Part shown: in pieces, positions 18,544 to 27,097 of the stretch
How positions within the stretch are numbered: the first letter of the stretch is position 1
Layout of the letters: every line of letters begins with the position of its first letter
DNA from: an uncultured Lachnospiraceae bacterium
GTDB taxonomy: Bacteria; Bacillota; Clostridia; Lachnospirales; Lachnospiraceae
DNA length: 64,000 nucleotides
Direction: 5' to 3'
NCBI GenBank assembly: GCA_902772925.1
Contig: CACYCJ010000270.1
Coordinates: forward strand, 3,498-67,497
The notes under the pieces: generated by a model
Databases searched by the model: none
The model's input: only the letters and a program-made list of their open reading frames with translations
Told to the model about the DNA's origin: nothing
Made by a program: the position numbers and the translations under genes

Positions 18544-19464
18544 GTGAAGAAGCTTCTGAAAAATTTAGGGATAATTACTTTGCTTGTGATCTTTTCTGTC
18601 TTTTATCTTTGCCGTTTTGATGTTTATGCATCAATACAAAGCGGCGACGGATTTATGAGGGATGAGACAACTACCGAATCTACGGAAGAGGGTTCGACCG
18701 GAAATGAGCCGGGGGTTAAACCGACTGATCCTCCGGTGATAGATTTACCTTCTGAATCTACCGAGGAAAAAACGACGGACGGCAGAACGGAAGATACAAC
18801 AGAAGATTCAGGAAAAGATACCACAGAAGAAGATAAAACGGAAGAAACAACCGATGACGGTGTCGGTAAGGACGAATCGGATGGTAAAACGAACGGCGTA
18901 ACATCCGCTGCTACGGGGACCGATACTTCGGGAGGAAAACAGGACGGAGGAGAGAAAAAAGGATTATCGGTTAATTTTATGATCATAGGCATCTGTGGCG
19001 GGCTTATAATTCTTGTGCTTGTCATAGTTATAATTGTACTCCTTGTAAGCAGAAAAAAAGATAAGTCCGGACCGGTATCGGTAAATAATGATACACCTCC
19101 GGAAAGCTTTTCACATACTGCACAGCCGGTTATCCGTGAGGCGCCGGAAAAAATGAATACTTTTGCAGCAAGACAGGTAAGGGTGGAGATCTTTAACGGA
19201 AATTCACCGACCGGCAGCGGTATCATTAATATGACAAATGAGCTTATAATAGGAAGCTCTCCGGATTGTGACATAGTATTTTCGGAAAGGTTTGTAGCTC
19301 CGAAAAATACAAGGATTTTTGAGTCCGAAGGCACGATTTTCATTGAAAACATTGCGGAAATCGGATCTACTATGGTGGCCGGGCTTCCTCTCAATATGGC
19401 AGCTCCTCTTGTGAGCGGGGATGTCATATCGATAGGTGAAGCGGAATTCTGCATCATCTATTAG
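18544..19464 (+). CDS. Membrane protein with extracellular Thr/Glu-rich stalk and cytoplasmic FHA-like domain (degenerate pThr pocket)
   Basis: GTG start after GGAGGT. Signal-like N-terminus, T/E/D-rich region, TM helix, then IIGSSPDCDIVF...LVSGDVISIG. The canonical GR and SxxH residues are replaced. Confidence 0.8.
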   Translation: MKKLLKNLGIITLLVIFSVFYLCRFDVYASIQSGDGFMRDETTTESTEEGSTGNEPGVKPTDPPVIDLPSESTEEKTTDGRTEDTTEDSGKDTTEEDKTEETTDDGVGKDESDGKTNGVTSAATGTDTSGGKQDGGEKKGLSVNFMIIGICGGLIILVLVIVIIVLLVSRKKDKSGPVSVNNDTPPESFSHTAQPVIREAPEKMNTFAARQVRVEIFNGNSPTGSGIINMTNELIIGSSPDCDIVFSERFVAPKNTRIFESEGTIFIENIAEIGSTMVAGLPLNMAAPLVSGDVISIGEAEFCIIY

Positions 19465-19513
19465 TTTTGTTAATAATTAACAAAAAAGATTAGATATCTT
19501 GTCTATATTGACA

Positions 19514-19542
19514 TTGACTAAGAGACTTAAAAAATGTACAAT
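19514..19542 (+). promoter_or_regulatory. sigmaA-type promoter
   Basis: TTGACT-17 bp-TACAAT, upstream of the AAGGAGG RBS of the 19592 gene. Confidence 0.65.
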
Positions 19543-19591
19543 CGGAGTAGTGGGATTTTGAGCTACTATATAGTGTAAGGAGGATATAGAC

Positions 19592-21682
19592 ATGGCTTTA
19601 CCAGCTAATATTACTGCCGGGAGTGATAATAATGTGTTATCGATTGCGGCTTCAAATAACAAGGGGTTACTTATTCGCTTTCTGAATGAGCAGGTCGAAG
19701 ACGGTTTTTATGCACTCGTTATCGATTATCTCAAGGATAAGAACTTTGATCTTAACACCATGACGGTAGATGATGATGTTAAGGCTCAGTGTACCAAGCT
19801 TTACGAGCTCGGAGAATTCGTTGACGAGAACATCAAAGAGAAGGAAAGGTATGAGATAGATGAGTGGATTGAGCCGCTTTTTAATTTCGTATACGGTGAT
19901 ATCGATCCTTCGGATATAGATGCTCCTATAAATACTACAGGTATTTACAGATACAGTATCTGGCTCATATATCTGTATCAGATGGAGAAGTTCGGTGATG
20001 CGATGAGGCTCATCGGTGAGTGCATTGCACCGCTTCTTATCAATGTAAGCTATCAGATACTTGAGGATGACGACAGACCGAAGAACTATGACAAGGCTCT
20101 TCTCGGATACCTCGATCTTATCAATGTAGTTATGGAAATGGGACTTCCCACATCCATGGCAAATTCCGAGGCTTATCTCAGCAACCTTGAGGTTCTTTAT
20201 GATTATGTTGTTGAAGATCCCCATGTAGGAAATGATTACAAGACTCAGTTTTCAATCGGCCTCTTCAATTCATTTATTGCAAATAAGGATTATTCAAAGG
20301 CGTTTGAGTTCTACGGACTTAACGCAGAGTATATACCCATTGACAATATGGCTGTATATGAAAGCTTCAAAGAGCTTATTCATAATGTAAACAGTACACA
20401 GGATACAAGTGTACTCAGCAGAAATGTACTTACGGCCATTTCAAAGCAGGAAATCTACAACAAGAGAATTGATACTCTCATCGGTGAGGTTTCATCCTTT
20501 GTTAAGAAGGTATATCTCTACATCGAAAATGAACCCGATATGAAGAGAAATCTTCAGACTCTCGGTGCCGGAGCACAGCTTACCGGCAAGACCAATATTT
20601 TCGAAGGCCTTTATGAATACAACCTTGTATTTTATGAATGCGGTATAAAGGAGATAGTTAATTCCGATGTTTCCACCAGAGAGTGGGAAGAGAAGTACGA
20701 GATACTTGATAAGCTTTATACCACTTTGAATGTAGTATTTGACGGTTATAATGTCTATGAACTTTCCAATAAGATCGAGCATCAGTATGTAGAGCTTACA
20801 TGGATCAATGACTATGTGAATGCGAATCCCTCACTTCTGAAGATGTTCTTCAGCGTTAAGGAAAAGATTAAAGCATTTAAGGTTAGAAAGAATGCGATAA
20901 TCGAGAAGTCAAAGACTAATTATGAGATAAAGCAGATGATTGATGACCGCCAGAAGACATTGGTATTCATGGCAGCAGAGGACATGATCGTTAACGGTCT
21001 CAACGGAGGAAGGATTGCCATCATCAACAGCAATTACGATCCCAAAAAGGCTGAGGCTTATCTTATAAAGGATTATGAGGACGTTTCGGTTCCTCCCAAG
21101 TATAAGAAAAATGAGACACAGCATCAGCAGAGCGGCGGTCTCTTCGGACGTAAGCAGACACAAACCATGGATCCGGATCTCAGAAAGCTTCTTGATGACT
21201 CCAAGATAGAAGAGATGCTTCTTAAGTCGGAGTGGCTCTGGTATCAGTTCCAGGATAAGAATGCCGAAGCACAGACGCAGCAGGAAGCTACTTACAGTGC
21301 TATATGTCTCGTTAAGGCAGTTGAGAAGCTTCTTGATAAGAAAGGAACAGGTTCCGTTAAGGCTGATTCCACACCCAACAAGAAGGTTATCATTACAAAG
21401 ACCGGTAAGGTTATTGAATTAAGTGACGAAGGAAATCAGACACCTGCAGCTAACAGACAGGTTACCCCTACAGTCATTGAGAATATTAATAATATTCAGA
21501 ATTCTCTTAAGGATAAGTCCGACGAGAATACAAAGTATGTAAAAGCATATGTAAACAATTGGATCGACAGCGTTATGAAGACCAGGTTTGATAATGACAC
21601 AATGCTTACGCTTTTTGAAGCAGAGGAACTCAGAACAAAAACATTCCAGGTTCTTAAGAAACTTAGGGCTGATCTGATCTAA
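19592..21682 (+). CDS. Hypothetical 696-aa cytoplasmic, mostly alpha-helical protein
   Basis: Long ORF with strong RBS, its own promoter and terminator. No family recognised with confidence. Confidence 0.8.
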   Translation: MALPANITAGSDNNVLSIAASNNKGLLIRFLNEQVEDGFYALVIDYLKDKNFDLNTMTVDDDVKAQCTKLYELGEFVDENIKEKERYEIDEWIEPLFNFVYGDIDPSDIDAPINTTGIYRYSIWLIYLYQMEKFGDAMRLIGECIAPLLINVSYQILEDDDRPKNYDKALLGYLDLINVVMEMGLPTSMANSEAYLSNLEVLYDYVVEDPHVGNDYKTQFSIGLFNSFIANKDYSKAFEFYGLNAEYIPIDNMAVYESFKELIHNVNSTQDTSVLSRNVLTAISKQEIYNKRIDTLIGEVSSFVKKVYLYIENEPDMKRNLQTLGAGAQLTGKTNIFEGLYEYNLVFYECGIKEIVNSDVSTREWEEKYEILDKLYTTLNVVFDGYNVYELSNKIEHQYVELTWINDYVNANPSLLKMFFSVKEKIKAFKVRKNAIIEKSKTNYEIKQMIDDRQKTLVFMAAEDMIVNGLNGGRIAIINSNYDPKKAEAYLIKDYEDVSVPPKYKKNETQHQQSGGLFGRKQTQTMDPDLRKLLDDSKIEEMLLKSEWLWYQFQDKNAEAQTQQEATYSAICLVKAVEKLLDKKGTGSVKADSTPNKKVIITKTGKVIELSDEGNQTPAANRQVTPTVIENINNIQNSLKDKSDENTKYVKAYVNNWIDSVMKTRFDNDTMLTLFEAEELRTKTFQVLKKLRADLI

Positions 21683-21725
21683 TCACCCTCCTGTAAAATC
21701 GTGTAAAGAAATGTACACAAGAAAA

Positions 21726-21758
21726 CCCCGGTGCAGTCTGATGCATCGGGGAGTTTTT
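21726..21758 (+). terminator. Rho-independent terminator
   Basis: ccccggtgca-gtctga-tgcatcgggg stem (one G-U) followed by agttttt. Confidence 0.75.
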
Positions 21759-21786
21759 ATACGCGAGCCCGATAGTTAATAGAATT

Positions 21787-22607
21787 TTGGAAAAGAAGCA
21801 AACAAAAAAAATAAGCCCTTTTTACATTATAGGAGGAACCCTTATCATTCTGATCATAGTTTTCGGAACGATAATTATGAGCAGGAAAGCGTCCGATGAT
21901 ACCGAAGATGCCGTAAGTAAGGTAAGTCTCCTTTATCTCGACGAGCTTGCCGGAAGAAGAGAAAAGGTTATCGAAAATAATCTGAGCCGAAGTATCGAGG
22001 ATCTTCAGGTTGCCATTAACCTTTTGACCGATGAAGACAAAAGTGATGTTGAACATCTTCAGAATTGATCGACCTGCAGGCAAAGCTACTCGAAGAGGAA
22101 AGAAAGAGGGCACAGCAGGACAGCCTGATAACAGCTATGGCATCGGATTACAGGAGCGTATACTATGTTAATCTTGATGAAAATGATGCTGTTTGCTATA
22201 AAGGTGATCCCGATGATAATGACAGAAGCGATGAGGGCGTTCATTTCAGCTTCACGGAAAGATTCGGGTATTATGCAAAAAGCTATGTTGCCGAGGAGTA
22301 CAGGGACGGAAGGGAATTCTATGAAATGCTTCGTATGGCGGGTGTAAGACCGATAGAAAGCCGTACCGATCATAAGGTACATGCAGTGGGAGTCGGATTT
22401 ACAAATATTGATAAGGAAATGCGTGAAGAGATGGCGAAAATGAGGTGCTCAGTGAGGCACTCGCATCTGCCGAGCAGGCAAATAAAGCCAAGACCGCATT
22501 TCTATCCAAAATGAGAAATATGCAGGTTGAGATTGCGGAAAACGGACGCATTGCTCTTGAAAAAATTGAAAAAGCTTTATCAGACATTGGAGGAGCTTAT
22601 AAAGTAA
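21787..22607 (+). pseudogene. Eroded hybrid sensor histidine kinase (TM/sensor, PAS-like, HisKA start and receiver fragments)
   Basis: Fragments in changing frames: TM + YLDELAGRRE; AMASDYRSVYYVNLD; after a frameshift at the A-run 22437-40, EALASAEQANKAKTAFLS joined to MQVEIAENGRIALE; then KLYQTLEELIK-stop. Confidence 0.75.
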
Positions 22608-22610
22608 AAT

Positions 22611-23378
22611 ATGGACGATACTAATTATGAAGAGATAACCGTTAAAAGGATAAAGGCAGACGGGACGACAGAAAATACGGAAATCCCGGTGATAAACGAG
22701 CATTTTCTTTCCGTGCTTATAAATGATACTCCCGTAATGAGGCTGAACTGCACCAAGGATAATCTGAAGGAGCTGGTCGCCGGCCGGCTTCTTACCGAAG
22801 GGATTATAAAAGGCGCCGACGACATTTTCGGTATATACTTTTGTAAGGAAAAAAATGAGGCGAGCGTTGTTTTGAAAAATGAAATAAAGTGGGAGAAAAT
22901 TCTTCGTACGGAGCTGAGCTGCTGCACCGCGAATGTAGTATCCGTTACGAATGCAGATTCCGAAAGCACCGAAGCTGTAAGATTAAAAAAAGCACATTGG
23001 GAAAAGAAATGGATATTTGCGATTACCGAAAGCTTTAAGGAAGAGACGAGACTTCATAAGAAGACTCAGGGAACGCATACATGCATTCTTGCAAGAGGAG
23101 ACAAGGTGCTTTTTACGGCAGAGGACATAGGTAGGCATAATGCACTCGATAAGGCTGTGGGGTATGCTGTTCTCAATAGGCTCCTGCTTGATGAATGCAT
23201 CGTTTTTACTTCCGGAAGAGTTCCGCTTGATATGGTCGGGAAGGTGATAAAAGCCGGTATACCCGTTTTTGTATCTAAATCCGTACCTACAAAAGAAGCG
23301 GTCGAGCTGGCAAAAAAATGCGGCCTCACCCTGATATGCAGGGCGTGGCCGGACAGTATGGAAGTAGTCAGTCCGTAA
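22611..23378 (+). CDS. fdhD: Formate dehydrogenase accessory sulfurtransferase FdhD
   Basis: LVAGRLLTEG, SCC, TQGTH, EDIGRHNALDKAVG, TSGR and SKSVPT motifs. Confidence 0.93.
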   Translation: MDDTNYEEITVKRIKADGTTENTEIPVINEHFLSVLINDTPVMRLNCTKDNLKELVAGRLLTEGIIKGADDIFGIYFCKEKNEASVVLKNEIKWEKILRTELSCCTANVVSVTNADSESTEAVRLKKAHWEKKWIFAITESFKEETRLHKKTQGTHTCILARGDKVLFTAEDIGRHNALDKAVGYAVLNRLLLDECIVFTSGRVPLDMVGKVIKAGIPVFVSKSVPTKEAVELAKKCGLTLICRAWPDSMEVVSP

Positions 23379-23392
23379 AATGAAGGCTCCGG

Positions 23393-23917
23393 TCAGATTT
23401 TTTTGACCGGGGCCATTATTTTTTTGAATTTTGTGTCTCTTATCTTAATTGCTCTGTCTATGATCTTTTCCGCCCAGTCATCATCCTGGGCATCCAGTTG
23501 ATAGACATCAAAGCCATAAGACTTTCCGTAGGTTGCGACTATCTCTTCGTCATCTATATGGAGAGAAATCTGATAGAAGTTCGGAAGCTTTGTGGGCATA
23601 GGATAGGGACGGTCACCCTGTACCTCCTTTTGGTGACGCTGACCGTTTATGATCCCGTCAAAGGTGACTCCGTAATGCCTGAATAAGTATTTTATATAAT
23701 TGACGGATCTGAAGGAAGATGTATAAACCCAGACATCAAAGCCGAGCTCCCGGAGTTTCGGAATAAGCTCTTTGGTGCCCAGACGGACTCGCTCCTTATA
23801 CAATCTGTCAAAAGGAAATTTCGGAGGATCTTCAATCTTATGGTTTGCGGGATTTACAAAAAGAACCTCATCCAGATCAAAGGAAACCTTCATCCTTAAT
23901 TCCTGATTTTCACTCAT
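23393..23917 (-). CDS. HAD-superfamily protein
   Basis: Motif I SFDLDEVL, motif II WVYTSS, Lys in PTKLP, motif IV HIDDE. Confidence 0.75.
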   Translation of the reverse strand: MSENQELRMKVSFDLDEVLFVNPANHKIEDPPKFPFDRLYKERVRLGTKELIPKLRELGFDVWVYTSSFRSVNYIKYLFRHYGVTFDGIINGQRHQKEVQGDRPYPMPTKLPNFYQISLHIDDEEIVATYGKSYGFDVYQLDAQDDDWAEKIIDRAIKIRDTKFKKIMAPVKKI

Positions 23918-23941
23918 AGCCGGTCTCCCTTTATTACTATC

Positions 23942-24811
23942 TTAACTGTCTTCACGAAGCTTTCTCTTTATCTTCGAGCTTACCTGACTTGCCCAATTCT
24001 TACCGGGCAGAAGATCGATGCTGTCAAATTCCTTTGTCTTCGGATTTATCCATAAAATGCCGTCATCATCAGCGTGAATGATAACATCATACTTTGATGA
24101 AAAAGCTTTGTTCATACGGTCGCTGCTCTTTTTTGACTTCATATTGTTGATGAGACCGTCGTATTCAATCTTGTGATGCTTCAGCATAGCTCTCAGGTAG
24201 CTGACAGGCTTAAATGCGCCTGAATAAATCCAAACATCGAAGCCGAGGCGATGGAGCTCGTTTGTGAGTGCGCCGACATGCTTTTTGACCTGCTCGGGAT
24301 ATTTTTTATTAAGCGGAAACGAGAGAGGAGCATCACAGGCATATTTATCATTATGATTAATGATGACTTCTTCAAGATCAAACGAAATGCACATATTACG
24401 ATCGGAGTTTTTGATGGCTGATAAAATGTCCTCTTCATGGGTTCCGTTAACTATCTGAACGGGAAGCTCTTTTACGTTGATCCATTTTGCGGCAAGCCAG
24501 CGGTGGTGACCGTTCAGGATCATATATCCTCCGGTAGACATTTTTTCTACTGTAAGAGGTTCCATGCCGGTTTTTGATTCCCTCGCCAGATTTCTTTCCA
24601 TTTCCTTACGATACCTGTTAACGATGCTGTAGTTCGGACCGATTTCGGGAATTGAAAATTCATCATCCGGATTAGGATGAAGATCCTTCATGGGAACGGA
24701 CTTTACTGTCATTCTTTCAACCAGTGATGCTTTTACGGGATGATAAATATCCTTAAAGCTGTCGATATCTTCCAGAACGGCTTCCTTATAATCCTTCGTT
24801 ACACTTACCAT
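23942..24811 (-). CDS. ParB/Srx-like N-terminal domain fused to a HAD-like domain
   Basis: LHPNPDDEF, EPLTV, YMILNGHHRWLAA (ParB-N); SFDLEEVI, WIYSG, HADDD (paralogous to the neighbouring HAD protein). Confidence 0.8.
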   Translation of the reverse strand: MVSVTKDYKEAVLEDIDSFKDIYHPVKASLVERMTVKSVPMKDLHPNPDDEFSIPEIGPNYSIVNRYRKEMERNLARESKTGMEPLTVEKMSTGGYMILNGHHRWLAAKWINVKELPVQIVNGTHEEDILSAIKNSDRNMCISFDLEEVIINHNDKYACDAPLSFPLNKKYPEQVKKHVGALTNELHRLGFDVWIYSGAFKPVSYLRAMLKHHKIEYDGLINNMKSKKSSDRMNKAFSSKYDVIIHADDDGILWINPKTKEFDSIDLLPGKNWASQVSSKIKRKLREDS

Positions 24812-24974
24812 TTTTTATCCCTTTCCGAATTGTTAAACCTTTTGAAACAACAAAATGTGTTTATAAATAAATATCTATACGGGTATTTTAATACATTTGC
24901 ATATTCATATCAAGCGGCGCTGACTTGAAAATATGTTTTTTTTGTGCAAAATGCGAAAAAGTTTTAATGTAATA

Positions 24975-25003
24975 TTGCTAAAAACAACAAAATATTATAG
25001 AAT
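24975..25003 (+). promoter_or_regulatory. Putative sigmaA promoter for the long + strand operon
   Basis: TTGCTA-17 bp-TAGAAT in the AT-rich divergent intergenic region. Confidence 0.45.
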
Positions 25004-25072
25004 ATAGCAGAATATATAATACGATGAGATAGGTATATTGGATAATCTGTTGATAGGAAAAGGATTGGACTA

Positions 25073-27073
25073 ATGAAAATATACGGTGACAACGAAAAAA
25101 AATCGTATATAAGATTAAGATCAAAGCAGACTGTTTTGCCATTATTTATCATTATTCCGGTAGTTTTAGCATATCTGTTCGGCATGACTTCCTTTGCTGA
25201 AACGATCTATCCGGTCCCGCCGCTAAAACGTGATGTTACTACCGAAGAGGAAACGGTAAACAGACCTGTTGTCTGGATCGATTCAGTCATATTTACCGGT
25301 TCTACCGCAACGGTCATGGTGTCCGGTAAAAATGCAAATATCATAATGTATTACCTTATGGTACAGGAAGCCGGAAAAACGGCACCTGAGGCTGAGGCAT
25401 TAAAAGAAAACGGAATGAAAAATAAGGATGGTGTTTTTCTCATACCTCAGCTGACCGAAGGCGTGGAATATGAATTCTTTGCCGCAGCTATGGATGATGA
25501 CGGTGTGCTCAGTAAGGTTGTATCCAAAGCAGGAACCGCATCACTTGCAAGAAACATTGAGATAATGGGGAAAAGCTACAGCGGTCTTCAATCAAAGGAG
25601 GAGATAGCGGATTGCACCAATACTCCCGTTGAGATAACGATAAACGGAGGTAACGGAAAAAAGGTAAACAGCATTGAGTATATAATAGCTGATACCTTCG
25701 TAAGCTCTGAAGGGATGATCGAAGCCATAGCGGTAAAAACTCAGGATGTGACGACCACGGACGGAACATCATCAGTGAATTTCAGCAAATGGTCGAGGTA
25801 CGATCCGAACAATAAGCCGACCCTTATAAAAAATATGGTCAATTATATATATGTAAAGATAACAGACGGAGACGGTAATATAGCATATATTTCATCAAAA
25901 GGAATCTGGGAAGATGAAACTCTTCCGTTGGCATCGAAGATAGAGGATGATGCGAAAGAGACTTCGGCAGAGGTTTTGGTTGAGGGCTCGGACGATGAAA
26001 GCGGAATTCTTTATTACTATCTTCTGGTGAAGGATCCGATCGATGTTTCGACCGTAGATTCCCAGACCGTAAAAAAGAAGGGAATGAAGAATACCGACGG
26101 AAAGTTTAAGGTTACGGGGCTTTCCAAAAGGACAAGATACGAGCTTTTCTCTGTGACCGAGGACAAGGCGGGAAACATCTCTGAAGTAAAAAGCGGTACA
26201 ATGACTACTGCGGGAGATCCTTCGGCTGCATCTGTCCCTGGCGGTTCATCTAAGCCGTCATCGGCACCGGGAAGCAGCAGCAATGTTGCCGAAAGGACAG
26301 AGGATATTTCGATTGAAGATGTGGTCGGTGAAACGACACAGACCGGGGTGCCTTATATCGAATCCGCAACAGAAGGAATAGCAATCGGGAAAAAGACCTC
26401 CGGCTGGGAGAAGATAAGCAGTGAAGCGAGGGATGCGATCACCGGTTCCGAGATGGTCATAAATATGAACGGAAATATGGCGGTTCCCGATTTTGCTCTT
26501 GAGGCGATAGAAGGACGTGATGTCAACTATTATCTTAAAATCGATGATCAGTATACGATCATGATAAACGGTTTGTCTGTCCTTTCGAATCCGCGAGGCA
26601 TAGATGTAAGGATAAAGAGGAAATCCGAAAAGATTTCATCGGAGCTTATTACCCGGGTTGCAGGTGTTTATCCTTATGAGAGCTTTTCTTTAAATGAGGA
26701 CGACTTCGGATTCGGGGTGTCTGTAGCCGTGAACCTCGGAGAAGTGAATGCAGGAAGAAATGTAGATTATTACAGCTATGATGAGACTGAAAACAGCCTT
26801 GACTCACTTCAGACATTTGTCGCTGATGATAAGGGTATCGTTATTGTTCCGGCATTATATAAGACCGATTATCTGATGGTGATCAGGGGTTCTTCAAAAA
26901 ATACTACGGAAGAAATCGATGAACCGGTGGTGATCGAGGCGGATGCGGGTTCGGAATTTGCAAATGAACCCAGAGGCTCAAACAAGGTATGGATATTCGT
27001 TGTAACTACATTTTGTGCTTTTGTTTGTATAACGATTCTTCTTTTGACAGGTAACAAGAAAGATAAAAAATAA
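25073..27073 (+). CDS. Exported protein with FN3/Ig-like beta-sandwich domains and C-terminal TM anchor
   Basis: Signal peptide ending SFA-E. Two similar units (YYLMV...LTEGVEYEFFAAAMD; YYLLV...GLSKRTRYELFSVTEDKAGN). C-terminal TM helix followed by a Lys-rich tail. Confidence 0.75.
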   Translation: MKIYGDNEKKSYIRLRSKQTVLPLFIIIPVVLAYLFGMTSFAETIYPVPPLKRDVTTEEETVNRPVVWIDSVIFTGSTATVMVSGKNANIIMYYLMVQEAGKTAPEAEALKENGMKNKDGVFLIPQLTEGVEYEFFAAAMDDDGVLSKVVSKAGTASLARNIEIMGKSYSGLQSKEEIADCTNTPVEITINGGNGKKVNSIEYIIADTFVSSEGMIEAIAVKTQDVTTTDGTSSVNFSKWSRYDPNNKPTLIKNMVNYIYVKITDGDGNIAYISSKGIWEDETLPLASKIEDDAKETSAEVLVEGSDDESGILYYYLLVKDPIDVSTVDSQTVKKKGMKNTDGKFKVTGLSKRTRYELFSVTEDKAGNISEVKSGTMTTAGDPSAASVPGGSSKPSSAPGSSSNVAERTEDISIEDVVGETTQTGVPYIESATEGIAIGKKTSGWEKISSEARDAITGSEMVINMNGNMAVPDFALEAIEGRDVNYYLKIDDQYTIMINGLSVLSNPRGIDVRIKRKSEKISSELITRVAGVYPYESFSLNEDDFGFGVSVAVNLGEVNAGRNVDYYSYDETENSLDSLQTFVADDKGIVIVPALYKTDYLMVIRGSSKNTTEEIDEPVVIEADAGSEFANEPRGSNKVWIFVVTTFCAFVCITILLLTGNKKDKK

Positions 27074-27097
27074 ATTATATTAAAAAATGAGGGTGTT

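Noticed and set aside
21787-22514. Two intact small genes (93 aa and 149 aa)
   Set aside because: They are consecutive fragments of one hybrid kinase, and homology continues in other frames.
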